A stretch of 64,000 nucleotides of DNA from Methylotenera sp. (lineage in GTDB: Bacteria > Pseudomonadota > Gammaproteobacteria > Burkholderiales > Methylophilaceae), in assembly GCF_029945535.1 (NCBI RefSeq), contig NZ_JAQSCU010000018.1:117340-181339 (forward strand), given 5' to 3'. A program made the position numbers and the translations under genes. Under the pieces are notes generated by a model. It saw nothing but the letters and a program-made list of their open reading frames with translations, was not told the DNA's origin and did not search any database. Below, piece after piece: positions 10,438 to 20,105 of this stretch. How positions within the stretch are numbered: the stretch's first letter is position 1; every line of letters begins with the position of its first letter.

Positions 10438-11172
10438 CTAAACTTTATCTAAATAAAACTCCATTTTCACGCCAGCAAGCTCTATCACGTCATGGTCACT
10501 CAGCTCAAATGCCTGCGAACCTATAGAATTGCCATTGACGATAGGAAAAACTTTGCCTTCAACATGCGTAACGAAGTAACCCTGTGGACGTTTAGTGATT
10601 ACCGACACTTGCACACCTGTTTTACCCAAGGTGGTAAGTGCTTTATTAAGAATCAGCTCACGCCCTACACTAGTGCCGTTTAACACTTGTATTCTGCCAA
10701 CAGCCATCGCAGGCGCTGACTTTTCAGCTAATGGTAATACTGACCTCTCTGAGATGACTGGGTCCGGCGCTGCGGTACTAGGCTCTGCTTGAGCTTGTTC
10801 TCTCATTATTTCAGCTAACTCGGCTGGGCGAAAAAAAACGGTTTTTTCAAAAGCTGAATCATTGCTAATGTGGTTTTTTGACTTAGCGTCACTGATAAAT
10901 TTCAATTGATGCTTGCCAAGCGAAATCAAGTCTCCAGACTGCAATAAATAGCTTTTGACCAACTTGTCGTTAACTTCGGTGCCATTTGTACTATCTTTAT
11001 CTTCGATATAAAAGTCATCGCCCTTTTTCAATATCACGGCATGCTCACCACTGACTGCTAGATTATCGATATGAATGTCATTCGTTGGTCGTCGGCCAAT
11101 AGTAGTGCGCTCACTTTCAAGCGGAAACTCATTCAGCACCTTATCATCTAAAGAAAAAATCAGTTTAGCCAT
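10438..11172 (-). CDS. FHA-domain protein (canonical N-terminal FHA plus a second, degenerate FHA-like C-terminal domain)
   Basis: N-terminal TTIGRRPTNDIHIDNLAVSGEHAVI...STNGTEVND. I prefer the ATG at 11172 (MAKLIFSLDD), preceded by GGTGGA, over the track start at 11196, which would overlap the upstream gene. Confidence 0.8.
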   Translation of the reverse strand: MAKLIFSLDDKVLNEFPLESERTTIGRRPTNDIHIDNLAVSGEHAVILKKGDDFYIEDKDSTNGTEVNDKLVKSYLLQSGDLISLGKHQLKFISDAKSKNHISNDSAFEKTVFFRPAELAEIMREQAQAEPSTAAPDPVISERSVLPLAEKSAPAMAVGRIQVLNGTSVGRELILNKALTTLGKTGVQVSVITKRPQGYFVTHVEGKVFPIVNGNSIGSQAFELSDHDVIELAGVKMEFYLDKV

Positions 11173-11183
11173 TATCCACCCTG

Positions 11184-12008
11184 CTATTTTAACCAACTAA
11201 AAAAGTTATCGCGCCAAGTCTTGCTGTACTCAAAAGACTCTTTTACCTTAATAAGTATGACAGAAATATTATCTTTTCCACCATTTTCGTTCGCCAACTG
11301 CACTAGCGCTTGTGCAGCAACGTTGATATCTGGCATGAGCTTGTTAAGCGCAGACTCAATGACTTCATCATCGACTAAATCGCTTAAGCCATCTGAACAA
11401 ACTAAGTATATATCACCTACCTCAACATCATGCTCGTTAAGCTCTAACTCAACCTCTGGGTCAATGCCCAAGGCCCGCGTGACTAAGTTTCTATTGGCTG
11501 AGTGTTTTGCTTGCTCTGGGGTAATAAGCCCTGATTTAATCTGCTCTTGCAATAATGAATGGTCTTCCGTTATTTGGCTTAATACTTGGTCACGCAGCCT
11601 ATACATACGCGAATCGCCGACATGCCCAACGAGCAATTTATTATTGGTAAAGACCCCAACAACCAGGGTGGTGCCCATACCTGCACACTGTGGCTGAGAT
11701 TGAGAAACACTATAAATGACTTCGTTAGCACTTTTAACTGCATCAACAATCAACTGCGCTTCTGCTTGCTTACCTAATACCGAATCAACTTTTCCAGCGT
11801 GCTGGCTAGCCAAGCTTTCCATTAGTTCGGCAGTAATACTTAGCACCGCCATCTCACTTGCCACTTCACCAGCCTTGTAACCACCCATGCCATCAGCAAG
11901 CACAACAAAACCCATTGTGTCATCACTTGCAACGGCATCTTCGTTATGGTCACGCTGCAAACCAACATCAGTTAAACGCACAATTTCTAGCACGCCACTC
12001 AAGTTCAT
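11184..12008 (-). CDS. PP2C-family Ser/Thr protein phosphatase
   Basis: 274-aa ORF with PP2C motifs RDHNEDA, LADGMGG, CSDGLSD, GGKDNISVILI. Confidence 0.9.
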   Translation of the reverse strand: MNLSGVLEIVRLTDVGLQRDHNEDAVASDDTMGFVVLADGMGGYKAGEVASEMAVLSITAELMESLASQHAGKVDSVLGKQAEAQLIVDAVKSANEVIYSVSQSQPQCAGMGTTLVVGVFTNNKLLVGHVGDSRMYRLRDQVLSQITEDHSLLQEQIKSGLITPEQAKHSANRNLVTRALGIDPEVELELNEHDVEVGDIYLVCSDGLSDLVDDEVIESALNKLMPDINVAAQALVQLANENGGKDNISVILIKVKESFEYSKTWRDNFFSWLK

Positions 12009-12203
12009 GCTAGCCGGCTAACTCGATCTTAGCATCGCATAATGCAGGGAACTTCTGCACTTTTCCACGAAGAATATGCAGAAAGACTAACAACATGACG
12101 GAATCAGAAATTTTAACGGCATGAGCATCTCTTTAATCATCAATTGTCATCACTGACTAGCGCGCATCATTTAATAGTCTAAATGCTATAACGCAGAGCG
12201 ATA

Positions 12204-12731
12204 TCAACTCTTATTATTTAGAACTTCTGAAGCACGCACATCAGCCGCCAGTTTATCTAATACGCCGTTGATATATTTATGGCCATCAATCCCGCCATAT
12301 ATCTTAGCTAACTCAACGCCCTCATTAATCACCACTCGATAAGGAATGCTCATATCAAACATTAATTCACAGCCAGAGATTTGTAAAATCGCATGCTCTA
12401 TCGGGCTTAATTCACTGACTTGACGATCAATAAATGCAGCCATTTTTTCATCAAGTTCAGTGGCATGCTCACCAACAGCTTCAAGCAATTGTTTGAAATA
12501 AGCTTCATCTGCCTTTGCATAATCTGGGTCTTCTGCCATATCACGATATACAGCACTCATCTCGGACTGATTCAACATTCCACGATAAACCGCTTTTAAT
12601 ACTAACTCGCGTGATTTTCTGCGATTTTGCCCAGGTTTCTTTTTAACTGATGGTTTTTTTGCTACATTTTTTTGATCAGTTTCTTTTTCTACGACTAGGC
12701 TGGTTAATGAAGCATCATTCTCAGCCATCAT
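12204..12731 (-). CDS. nusB: Transcription antitermination factor NusB (with a basic N-terminal extension)
   Basis: 175-aa ORF with a NusB core ([13 protein letters not shown]...[14 protein letters not shown]...INGVLDK). Its start overlaps the ribH stop by 4 nt. Confidence 0.9.
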   Translation of the reverse strand: MMAENDASLTSLVVEKETDQKNVAKKPSVKKKPGQNRRKSRELVLKAVYRGMLNQSEMSAVYRDMAEDPDYAKADEAYFKQLLEAVGEHATELDEKMAAFIDRQVSELSPIEHAILQISGCELMFDMSIPYRVVINEGVELAKIYGGIDGHKYINGVLDKLAADVRASEVLNNKS

Positions 12732-13177
12732 AGCGATCTAACCAAATTAGCCATTTCAATAGCTACTTGTGCGGCTTCAGCACCTTTAACATGCATACGC
12801 GCAATTGCTTGATCATCATCTTCAGTGGTCAGTACGGCATTAGCCACAGGAATACCTGTGTTAAATTGAACTTCAGAAATACCACGTGCAGATTCATTAG
12901 AAACCACTTCAAAATGGTAAGTCTCACCGCGAATAATGGCACCTAGTGCAATCAAGGCATCAAATTTTTCGCTAATTGCCATGTGTTGCAAAACCAATGG
13001 TGTTTCTAATGCACCTGGTACGGTTGCGATGGTAATATCATCGCTCGCAACGCCTAACTTCAGCAACTCTGCAGTACATGCGCTGAGCAAACCATCACCA
13101 ATATCACTGTTAAATCTTGAAAGGACTACACCGATTTGCAGGCCTGTTCCATCTAAGTTTTTTTCAATTTCTCTCAC
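12728..13177 (-). CDS. ribH: 6,7-dimethyl-8-ribityllumazine synthase
   Basis: 149-aa ORF. Motifs [22 protein letters not shown] and the usual ribH-nusB pairing. Confidence 0.9.
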   Translation of the reverse strand: MREIEKNLDGTGLQIGVVLSRFNSDIGDGLLSACTAELLKLGVASDDITIATVPGALETPLVLQHMAISEKFDALIALGAIIRGETYHFEVVSNESARGISEVQFNTGIPVANAVLTTEDDDQAIARMHVKGAEAAQVAIEMANLVRSL

Positions 13178-13281
13178 GTTTTATCCTTAAGCGCTACCGC
13201 ACAATTCACAAAACCGTATTTTACCGCATATCGATGATAATGATTTAGTAAAAATACCGTTGTAAGCGCTATACAACTGAT

Positions 13282-14955
13282 TTAATGAAATAATCCCCAA
13301 GCCTTTTGTATGGTGCTCCAAATACCATAACTAATCGGAATTAACACCAAAGTCCATGCAAGCACCACCAACATTGGATGGCTAGCCGATTGCGAGGCGC
13401 TATTCACGACACCATTTGTATTTGTAGCTTCAGATTTTTCATGTGCTAGCTTTCTTACAACTTCTAGCTCCGCGTCTGTCATGTAATATTTTTCAGCCAC
13501 CGGTTTCACTAGAGAGTTCGCGATAAAACCCACCACAAGCAAACCTGCCAGCACCAGAAAAATTGGCGCGTATACTTGGTCAAACGGCACTTTGGCTTCT
13601 AAACGCGTGTCATGCATGTAATTCACCACGACTGGCCCTAAAATACCTGCGGTAGACCACGCAGTAAGTAAGCGCCCATGAATCGCACCCACAAACTGCG
13701 TGCCGAACATATCTGCCAAGTAGGCGGGAATGGTTGCAAAACCACCGCCATACATAGAGGCAATCACACAAAAAGCACCTACAAATAAAGCGAGTGATTT
13801 AAAGCCCGCCACATAAGTCGCAGTGCAATACATGAGTGCGCCCAACACAAAGAAAATATAGTAAGTGCGCTTACGGCCTAATTTATCTGACGAAGTCGCC
13901 CAAGCAAAACGGCCAAAAATATTAAACAATGAAATCAAGCCAACAAAACCTGCGCCTACTGCTGCCGCAGCGGCCGTGAGTGCTTCATCTTTTTTAATAT
14001 CAGCAAAGCCAATACCAGGCTGACCAATCAGTGCACCACCAAAGGTTTCTTGCAGCATAGGCGCAGCCGCGCCAATAATACCAATGCCAGCTGACACGTT
14101 CATACATAACACCAACCACAATAACCAAAACTGCGGTGTTTTATGAGCGTTTTTAAGATGCACGTGCTTGCTGGAAATCATCGCGTTATTTTGTGCTGCT
14201 GGCGGCGCCCAATTGGCAGGTTTCCAGCCAGTTGGCGGCACGCGATAGCTCAGCGAACCCCATAACATGAATACAAAGTAAATCGCCGCTAAGGCAACAA
14301 ATGTTTGCCAAACACCTGGATTGGTTGGCGTTGCAAAGTGCCCCATCAGCTTAGTAGCAAGTGGCGAGCCTATCATCGCACCACCGCCAAAACCCATAAT
14401 CGCCATACCAGTTGCCATACCACGACGATCAGGAAACCATTTAATCAGGGTAGAAACAGGCGAAATATAACCTAAACCAAGACCTATACCGCCGATCACA
14501 CCACTGCCTAGCCACATCAACCATAATTGATGCGCATAAACACCGTACGCCGAAATAAGTAAACCACCGCACCACAACACCATAGAAACTAAACCGGCTT
14601 TGCGAGGGCCTTCACGCTCTAGCCAGCCACCCCATAGCGCAGCCGAGCAACCTAGCAACACAAAAAACAAAGTAAACATCCAACCTAAATCAAACTGCGT
14701 CCAATTACAATCTGTCGCAAATAAAGCCCTTGCCGTGCCTGATAGTTTTTCAGATAAGTTAGTCGCTCCGGCCGCACAGGCTGCTAAGGGCTTACCATCC
14801 ACGCCTATAAGCGCATTGCCTAGTGGCTTCCAAAACACACTAAAACCATACGCCATACCAATGGACAAATGCACTGCCAATGCTGCTGGCGGCACTAGCC
14901 AGCGATTAAAATTTGCATTTGCGGTAATATGCTCTTTAGATAAAAAATTCGCCAT
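13282..14955 (-). CDS. MFS transporter, oxalate/formate antiporter (OFA)-like
   Basis: 557-aa ORF, polytopic with about 12 hydrophobic segments, an OFA-like N-terminus (RWLVPPAALAVHLSIGMAYGFSVF) and a MFS loop motif (DKLGRKRT). Confidence 0.75.
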   Translation of the reverse strand: MANFLSKEHITANANFNRWLVPPAALAVHLSIGMAYGFSVFWKPLGNALIGVDGKPLAACAAGATNLSEKLSGTARALFATDCNWTQFDLGWMFTLFFVLLGCSAALWGGWLEREGPRKAGLVSMVLWCGGLLISAYGVYAHQLWLMWLGSGVIGGIGLGLGYISPVSTLIKWFPDRRGMATGMAIMGFGGGAMIGSPLATKLMGHFATPTNPGVWQTFVALAAIYFVFMLWGSLSYRVPPTGWKPANWAPPAAQNNAMISSKHVHLKNAHKTPQFWLLWLVLCMNVSAGIGIIGAAAPMLQETFGGALIGQPGIGFADIKKDEALTAAAAAVGAGFVGLISLFNIFGRFAWATSSDKLGRKRTYYIFFVLGALMYCTATYVAGFKSLALFVGAFCVIASMYGGGFATIPAYLADMFGTQFVGAIHGRLLTAWSTAGILGPVVVNYMHDTRLEAKVPFDQVYAPIFLVLAGLLVVGFIANSLVKPVAEKYYMTDAELEVVRKLAHEKSEATNTNGVVNSASQSASHPMLVVLAWTLVLIPISYGIWSTIQKAWGLFH

Positions 14956-15111
14956 GCCACCCTCTTAATATACAAGAATTATTATTGCGTAATTACGTTA
15001 TGTTACATAGTGTAACAAATTAAAAAAAATGGCAATTTAAAAAGAGGTAATTTGATAGAAGCACTACAGAAGCATCACTGATGCATAACCGTAGAATTTT
15101 ATATTTACTAT

Positions 15112-15129
15112 TTGTCATTAATCTGTCAC
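15112..15129 (+). promoter_or_regulatory. Pho box upstream of phoB
   Basis: TTGTCAT-TAAT-CTGTCAC: two 7-bp direct repeats with a 4-bp spacer, matching the CTGTCAT-N4-CTGTCAT Pho-box pattern. It lies 58-75 nt upstream of the phoB ATG. Confidence 0.65.
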
Positions 15130-15186
15130 ATTTAAATCATAAACTGGCAAAAATAAAGTAATAAAAAGTACATTCAAGAGGAAGCT

Positions 15187-15879
15187 ATGCCTGCCAATAT
15201 ATTAGTTGTGGAAGACGAACCAGCGATTCAAGAACTGCTCGCGCTAAACATTACCCAGGCGGGGCACAATGCCATGCGCGCCTTAAGTGTAGAAATTGCA
15301 CAAAACCTAATGCGTGAAACTATTCCAGATTTGATTTTACTGGACTGGATGCTGCCAGGCATGAACGGCTTGGAGTTTGCGCGCTTATTGAAATCAGACA
15401 GCCTAACAAAGACCATCCCGATTATCATGCTGACCGCTCGCGGCGATGAATATGACAAAGTGCGAGGTTTAGAAGTTGGCGCAGATGACTACGTCACAAA
15501 ACCATTTAGCCCTCGCGAATTGAATGCACGCATTAAAGCGGTGTTACGTCGCCGCGCGCCGCAAATGACAGACGACCCAATTGAAATGGCAGGTTTACGT
15601 TTAGACCCTACTACTCACCGCGTCACTGGCAACAGTAAAACGATAGACTTAGGTCCAACTGAGTTCAGACTGCTGCACTTCTTTATGACGAATGCTGAAC
15701 GCGTACACACACGCAGCCAGCTTTTAGACAAAGTTTGGGGCGACCGCGTTTTTGTTGAAGACCGCACAGTAGACGTACATATTCGCCGTTTGCGTAATGC
15801 ACTTTCACTTTCGGGCCATGAAGATTTAATTCAAACCGTACGTGGAGCAGGCTATCGATTATCAGAAAAGAACGATTAA
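15187..15879 (+). CDS. phoB: Phosphate regulon response regulator PhoB
   Basis: 230-aa OmpR-family regulator (ILVVEDEPAI, DLILLDWMLPG, winged-helix C-terminus VRGAGYRL), followed by phoR and preceded by a Pho box. Confidence 0.9.
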   Translation: MPANILVVEDEPAIQELLALNITQAGHNAMRALSVEIAQNLMRETIPDLILLDWMLPGMNGLEFARLLKSDSLTKTIPIIMLTARGDEYDKVRGLEVGADDYVTKPFSPRELNARIKAVLRRRAPQMTDDPIEMAGLRLDPTTHRVTGNSKTIDLGPTEFRLLHFFMTNAERVHTRSQLLDKVWGDRVFVEDRTVDVHIRRLRNALSLSGHEDLIQTVRGAGYRLSEKND

Positions 15880-15968
15880 ATTAAGCATTAAATATATACG
15901 TTATAGCTCATTATTCGGCTAAAAGCTGGCTATAATTGTTGACGTTAATTTATTGAAGAAGTTAATCT

Positions 15969-17303
15969 GTGCTAGATATTCGTTGGAAAGCTGGTTTATT
16001 CGTTTGCGCGCTCAGCGTCATCTGTCTATTTTTCTGGCTAATCACTAGCATCAATACAGCGCTTATCGTATTCGCTGCTGGCCTTTTGATGTACCTCATC
16101 AGCCATGTTTATTGGCTACATGCGTTGCAAAAGTGGTTTAAAAACCCCAAACTCAAAGAAATACCCGAAGGCTCAGGCGTTTGGGAGGATATTTTCGTCG
16201 CACTGTTGAAGTACGAGCGCAACAATAACCAAAACCAAAATCAACTTAACTCTGCACTAGAGCGCTTTAATCTTGCCACTAGCGCCATGCCCGATGGCTT
16301 GGTAATACTGAGTGCGAGCAATGAAATTGAATGGTGCACACCCAATGCAGAACATCAGCTGGGATTGAATCTAGATACAGATAGAAAGCTTCCTGTCGTT
16401 AATTTGATTCGCAATAGCCACTTTATTGCTTACTTATATAACGAAAAATATGACGAGCCTTTTAAATTAAAATCTTGGCGTAATTCTGAAGTCACTCTTG
16501 AAATTCAGTTGATACCATTCGCCAATAATCAAAAACTATTAATTAGCCGCGATATGACTCAGTACGAAAAAGTAGACGTCATGCGGCGCGATTTTATTGC
16601 CAATGTTTCTCATGAACTACGCACGCCACTCACCGTGGTAGGTGGTTTTTTAGAAACACTGACTGATATGGAAGGCGCAGTGCCAGATAATTTAAAGAAT
16701 TATTTTGCCATGATGGAAGATCAAACCATACGCATGCGCCGTATCATTGAGGATTTACTCACACTCTCCACAATAGAAAGCAACACCGAAGAGCCTGACG
16801 ATAGTGAAATCGATATGTCTATTTTATTAAAATCCGTGCAAAATGATGGCGTTGGGTTAAGTCAGGGCTTGAATAAAGTTAAGCATATCATTCATCTAGA
16901 AGCTGACGCTACACTCAACCTAAATGGCGCGGTGGAAGAGCTGCGTAGCGTATTTAGCAACCTAGTCAGCAATGCTATTCGCTACACCCCTGCTGGTGAT
17001 AAAAAGTCAGGTAAAACTGGTGAAATCTTTATCCGTTGGGCATTAGTGAATGGCGAGCCTGTTTTTTCTGTGCGCGACACGGGGATTGGTATTGAACAAC
17101 AACATATTGACAGGTTAACCGAACGGTTTTACCGAGTAGACCGTAGCCGTAGCCGAGAAACTGGCGGCACGGGGCTTGGTTTATCCATCGTTAAACATAT
17201 CTTAATTCGCCATCAAGCGAAACTTGAAATCTCCAGCGAGTTAGGCGTAGGAAGCACATTCAGTGCGGTATTCCCTAAAGCACGAATTGCATTAAAAAAA
17301 TAA
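15969..17303 (+). CDS. phoR: Phosphate regulon sensor histidine kinase PhoR
   Basis: 444-aa ORF (GTG start) with two N-terminal TM segments, a PAS-like region, H-box FIANVSHELRTPLT, N-box SNAIRYTP and G-boxes DTGIGI / GGTGLGLSIV. Confidence 0.9.
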   Translation: MLDIRWKAGLFVCALSVICLFFWLITSINTALIVFAAGLLMYLISHVYWLHALQKWFKNPKLKEIPEGSGVWEDIFVALLKYERNNNQNQNQLNSALERFNLATSAMPDGLVILSASNEIEWCTPNAEHQLGLNLDTDRKLPVVNLIRNSHFIAYLYNEKYDEPFKLKSWRNSEVTLEIQLIPFANNQKLLISRDMTQYEKVDVMRRDFIANVSHELRTPLTVVGGFLETLTDMEGAVPDNLKNYFAMMEDQTIRMRRIIEDLLTLSTIESNTEEPDDSEIDMSILLKSVQNDGVGLSQGLNKVKHIIHLEADATLNLNGAVEELRSVFSNLVSNAIRYTPAGDKKSGKTGEIFIRWALVNGEPVFSVRDTGIGIEQQHIDRLTERFYRVDRSRSRETGGTGLGLSIVKHILIRHQAKLEISSELGVGSTFSAVFPKARIALKK

Positions 17304-17313
17304 ACGTTTAAAA

Positions 17314-18042
17314 ATGCGCTCATTCATTATTGTTCTGCTAATTGTGATGTTGCCAGCTTGTACAAACATTTCAACTAATACAGCCACGCAAGCCACCAAG
17401 CCGATTCCTGAGCAAAATGACCGCAGTACGATTAATCAGATCGGCAAGGGTGATTCTGACCGCATGGCTGATGTTGAAGTGCGTGAAAACACCGAAAGCC
17501 TGCGCCTACTGATGCTAAAATTGTATAAGCGCAACCCGCACGAATTGCAAAAGAGCACGCCGGATGTTGCAGAGAAGATGGTTAATTGGGTGTTCAACGG
17601 TGAAACACAACATCATTACCAATTTGAATCCATCAACAATCAGCAAGGTACAGAAGCCATATTCTTAGCATTTAAACCAGAGTTCACTGGTGACCGTGTG
17701 CTGGCCTTTACTGTTGGGCTGCAAACTATGTTACTTAAAGCGCATGGTAACAAAACTGATTTCTACTTAAATGACAGCATAGACCCGCAACATATGTATA
17801 ACGTGTCGAGAAACATTGAGATTGCCGCTTGGAAGCTTTCAAATGCTAGAGATGAAATGGGCACATTGTATTTACTCAGTAATGAAATCAACGATAAAGA
17901 TAAAAATTTATCATTTGAACGCGAGTTCGGAAAAATGATAGGTCGCACAGATTTGTTTGCCATTACCTTAGCTGAAAAGTCACAGAGGCTAATTTCAAGG
18001 GTGGTGCAAAGTCTTGCAACTGCTGTGTTCTTACCTTTCTAG
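17314..18042 (+). CDS. Lipoprotein of unknown function, apparently co-transcribed with phoBR
   Basis: 242-aa ORF with lipobox LPAC after a hydrophobic N-terminus. It starts 10 nt after the phoR stop, and the terminator follows only after this gene. Confidence 0.7.
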   Translation: MRSFIIVLLIVMLPACTNISTNTATQATKPIPEQNDRSTINQIGKGDSDRMADVEVRENTESLRLLMLKLYKRNPHELQKSTPDVAEKMVNWVFNGETQHHYQFESINNQQGTEAIFLAFKPEFTGDRVLAFTVGLQTMLLKAHGNKTDFYLNDSIDPQHMYNVSRNIEIAAWKLSNARDEMGTLYLLSNEINDKDKNLSFEREFGKMIGRTDLFAITLAEKSQRLISRVVQSLATAVFLPF

Positions 18043-18061
18043 CAGGCTCCAAACAGGCAAT

Positions 18062-18087
18062 AAAAAAGGAGCCTAGGCTCCTTTTTT
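18062..18087. terminator. Bidirectional rho-independent terminator between convergent genes
   Basis: AAAAAAGGAGCC-TA-GGCTCCTTTTTT: a GC stem flanked by an A-run and a T-run, so it can act in both directions. Confidence 0.8.
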
Positions 18088-18119
18088 ATTGAATACAGCT
18101 AGAACAGGTACGCGAAAAA

Positions 18120-18416
18120 TTACTTTGCAGCTGAGTCTTTTGCAGCAGCATCTTTAGCGGCTTGCACAGCATCTACTGCTGCATCTTTGGCTTCACCAGC
18201 AGCGGCTTCAGTAGCTGCAGCAGCTTCTTTAGCAGCATCCTCAGTTTTAGCAGCAGCATCTTTTGCAGCATCAACGGTAGTTGCTTTCATTTCTGTAACA
18301 GCTTCTTTCGCTTTTTCAGCAGACTCTGCTGCTGCATCCTCTGCCTTTTTGCTACATGCGGCAAAACCTACAGTCACAACCAAACTTAATAACAACACTT
18401 TTAGCAGTTTATTCAT
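18120..18416 (-). CDS. Small alanine/lysine/glutamate-rich lipoprotein (low complexity)
   Basis: 98-aa ORF with signal peptide and lipobox (GFAAC). Repeated AAKDAAAK / EAAAATEAAAGEAKDAA segments. The overlapping + strand ORFs are compositional shadows. Confidence 0.65.
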   Translation of the reverse strand: MNKLLKVLLLSLVVTVGFAACSKKAEDAAAESAEKAKEAVTEMKATTVDAAKDAAAKTEDAAKEAAAATEAAAGEAKDAAVDAVQAAKDAAAKDSAAK

Positions 18417-18480
18417 CTCAAAATCCTTTATAAATTTTAGGTCTACTGTTTAAATTGCAGTCCTACGAGTAAAAAGTTTA

Positions 18481-19155
18481 TTACTTATTGCTTGCTGGTG
18501 CAACGGCAGGTGCAGGCTCTGCAACAAAAATCTCTACACGACGATTTTTAGCTTTATTTGTCGCAGTATCATTTGCCACCAATGGCTCGCGCGAACCGCG
18601 ACCATCAATCGTAATGCGGCTGCTGGCAATTTTTCTGCTCGTTAAATAATCACGCACGCTAGCGGCACGGTTCAATGACAATGGGTTATTCACGGCATCG
18701 CTACCAGTGCTGTCAGTGTGACCAATAATAGTCACGTTACTATTTGGATTAGTCACCAAACCATTCGCAAATGTATCTAATATCGCTCTAAAGTTAGGTT
18801 GTACATCCGCACGACCTACGGCAAACGAAATATCACTTGGAATATCTAACTTCAAGCGATTATCAGCAGTCTGCGTTACAGCAACGCCAGTTCCAGCTGT
18901 AGCCTCTTCCATTTGTTTTTTCTGCGCTTCTTGACGCTTAGTCCAAACATTACCCGCCACACCACCTGCAGCAGCACCAACCGCAGCACCAATCACGGCA
19001 CCTCTTGTATTACCTGCGATTGCACCGACTACTGCGCCTACGCCAGCGCCAATTCCCGCACCTTTAGCTGTACCCTTTTGGGTCTCAGTCATATTGGCAC
19101 AACCGCCCAATGTAAACGCAACTAGAATAGAACTCAAAATAAGTTTATTACGCAT
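18481..19155 (-). CDS. OmpA-family lipoprotein with a glycine-zipper segment
   Basis: 224-aa ORF. Lipobox LGGC, glycine zipper GAGIGAGVGAVVGAIAG, OmpA-like C-terminus (GHTDSTGSDAVNNPLSLNRA...NRRVEI). Confidence 0.85.
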   Translation of the reverse strand: MRNKLILSSILVAFTLGGCANMTETQKGTAKGAGIGAGVGAVVGAIAGNTRGAVIGAAVGAAAGGVAGNVWTKRQEAQKKQMEEATAGTGVAVTQTADNRLKLDIPSDISFAVGRADVQPNFRAILDTFANGLVTNPNSNVTIIGHTDSTGSDAVNNPLSLNRAASVRDYLTSRKIASSRITIDGRGSREPLVANDTATNKAKNRRVEIFVAEPAPAVAPASNK

Positions 19156-19451
19156 ATAACTTCCTTTACTAATGAAACAACTATTGGTTAACCAACCGAA
19201 TTAACTATTCATTACTTAGATCAACCGTTTAAAAATGAAATAGAGAATTTGAGAGTGATTTTAATTATGAACTAGATAAAAAAATATTTATGTTGGCTAA
19301 CGCACACAAGAGAATTAGTTTAACAACATTAACTCAGCAAAGATGTTAACTAAACGTAAAGAATCGTAATTAATTTTAGACAGTTTGAATACTTAATAAG
19401 GAAGAGCAAAACCGAAAGCCAATAGATTGCGACTTTCGTCAGAATGACGGT

Positions 19452-19937
19452 TTAATTTGTAAATTTAATTAGAAATTTTAAAAACTTATATTTGCTAGTA
19501 TTAAAGTAATTATTAAGAAAAAAACTAAGTTTAGTTTGAACTTTTAATTTTTTTCTTTCAAATTCAACCACTTTCCCATTTTTAACAAACTCAATATATT
19601 GTCCATGCAGCATTTGAGTCACTATAAGAGAATATGGTGCAAACTCACCGAAAATTTTATCTCTATAAAATTGCCGAATAAAATCATCGAGATTATTTGA
19701 AACAGTTGATACCCAATAGGTATTCTGGTCACCTTCTTTAAACCAAAATATGTATTCACCTTTTCCAACAACCATGTGATAACGATTTAATGCTCTGATT
19801 TGTTCCGGCGCGTACGATTCTTTTAAGTAACATACAGGCAAATCTCTTGCAGCAAAAACCTTCGGGGGTAAATGCAATGAGTGATGAGCACACCTAAATG
19901 CTAAGTTAAAGAGACATAATCGAATCTTTTGAATCAT
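19452..19937 (-). CDS. Hypothetical protein in a very AT-rich patch (start uncertain)
   Basis: 161-aa ORF with no motif I recognise. Lys/Phe/Asn-rich C-terminus. Flanked by about 300 nt and 170 nt of AT-rich non-coding DNA. Confidence 0.4.
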   Translation of the reverse strand: MIQKIRLCLFNLAFRCAHHSLHLPPKVFAARDLPVCYLKESYAPEQIRALNRYHMVVGKGEYIFWFKEGDQNTYWVSTVSNNLDDFIRQFYRDKIFGEFAPYSLIVTQMLHGQYIEFVKNGKVVEFERKKLKVQTKLSFFLNNYFNTSKYKFLKFLIKFTN

Positions 19938-20002
19938 TAATTAATGTCGTTAATTGAAAGAGCGCATTAAATAACTACTTGGTTAAGTCTTTGTTACATA
20001 CC

Positions 20003-20049
20003 CACCAAAATCCAAATGCTCGGCATTTAGATGCCGGTGGATTTTGGTG
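20003..20049. terminator. Compound hairpin downstream of the 1297-aa oxidoreductase gene
   Basis: CACCAAAATCCA ... TGGATTTTGGTG outer stem enclosing a CGGCAT-TTAG-ATGCCG inner stem. The T-run (ATTTTTATT) follows on the + strand only, so its role as a terminator for the minus-strand gene is uncertain. Confidence 0.4.
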
Positions 20050-20105
20050 ATTTTTATTCATTTCTTTCACTATTTTCAGATGAGTTCTCGTGAAATAAAC
20101 ATCAT

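Noticed and set aside
18162-18453. Two plus-strand ORFs (75 and 88 aa) overlapping the Ala-rich lipoprotein gene.
   Set aside because: GC-rich GCN-repeat DNA stays open in several frames. Only the minus-strand frame has a signal peptide plus lipobox and a sensible position between terminators.
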